From assembly GCA_036676985.1 (NCBI GenBank), contig JAKFBU010000030.1:32001-96000 (forward strand): 64,000 bases of DNA, in the 5' to 3' direction. How positions within the stretch are numbered: position 1 is the stretch's first letter; each line of letters begins with the position of its first letter. A program made the translations under genes and the position numbers. The DNA comes from Candidatus Sericytochromatia bacterium. Its GTDB lineage: Bacteria; Cyanobacteriota; Sericytochromatia; S15B-MN24; UBA4093. Under the pieces are notes generated by a model that ran no database searches, was not told the origin of the DNA, and saw nothing but the letters and a program-made list of their open reading frames with translations. Of this stretch, positions 63,473 through 64,000 are shown piece after piece.

Positions 63473-64000
63473 ATGGCCCTCATTAACTACGCCAGCCGCG
63501 AGATCAACTGCAAGATCGTCTACTACGGGACGGGTCTCGGCGGGAAGACCACCAACCTCGAGTACATCTTCAAGCAGCTCGCCCCCGGCATCCGCGGTGA
63601 GATGATCAGCCTCGCCACCGAGACCGAGCGGACGCTGTTCTTCGACTTCCTTCCGCTGGACTTGGGCTCGGTGCAGGGCTTCAAGACCAAATTCTCGCTC
63701 TACACCGTTCCCGGTCAGGTCGAGTACAACGCGAGCCGCAAGCTCATCCTCAACGGCGTCGACGGCATCGTCTTCGTGGCCGACAGCCAGCGCGAGAAGA
63801 TGCAGGAGAACATCGAGAGCCTCCGGAACATGGAGGAGAACCTCGCCGAGTACGGCCTCACGCTCGATGCGGTGCCCTACGTGCTGCAGTACAACAAGCG
63901 CGACCTGCCGAACGTCAACGCCTTCGAGGAGCTCGAGGCGTCCCTGAACGATCGGGCCGTACCCTCGTTCGAGGCCGTCGCGGTCGAGGGGTCGGGCGTG
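63473..64000 (+). CDS. mglA: Small GTPase MglA (runs off the window edge)
   Basis: Manual translation [53 protein letters not shown]. Confidence 0.95.
   Translation, partial: MALINYASREINCKIVYYGTGLGGKTTNLEYIFKQLAPGIRGEMISLATETERTLFFDFLPLDLGSVQGFKTKFSLYTVPGQVEYNASRKLILNGVDGIVFVADSQREKMQENIESLRNMEENLAEYGLTLDAVPYVLQYNKRDLPNVNAFEELEASLNDRAVPSFEAVAVEGSGV

Overview
High-GC bacterial chromosomal segment, probably from a non-photosynthetic cyanobacterial relative such as Sericytochromatia. That lineage is inferred from gene content and protein style, not computed. Core blocks are exbBD, mpg-recG-rsmD, gap-pgk-tpiA-gpmI, murA, rpsB-tsf-pyrH-frr-cdsA, tRNA-Leu(GAG) and mglB-mglA. The most striking accessory block (about 6.4-27.2 kb) places a FAAL/ACP/single-module PKS ending in a reductase domain directly downstream of a Ser/Thr kinase-STAND-TPR regulator and a decayed Sfp-type PPTase. 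This is embedded in a partner-switching and c-di-GMP circuit: two STAS proteins, an RsbW-like kinase, a PP2C-GAF-SpoIIE double phosphatase, a GAF-GAF-GGDEF cyclase and a PilZ protein. SigB/SigF-like promoters (G[G/T][T/A]TNN-N14-GGGWAY) lie upstream of the PKS operon and of a divergent flagellar operon. That operon has a FliO-FliP fusion, an altered FliP Met gasket and a polytopic membrane protein with a FliN-type domain. Other observations: a 45-aa repeat protein, an unannotated ORF between frr and cdsA with no canonical start codon, a motif-degenerate DNA-methyltransferase-like gene coupled to DUF4388-mglB-mglA, two small dispersed repeat families, and a lipoprotein/outer-membrane cluster. 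No CRISPR array, rRNA, transposase or integrase was seen. All family calls come from motif recognition by eye; no database or HMM search was run.
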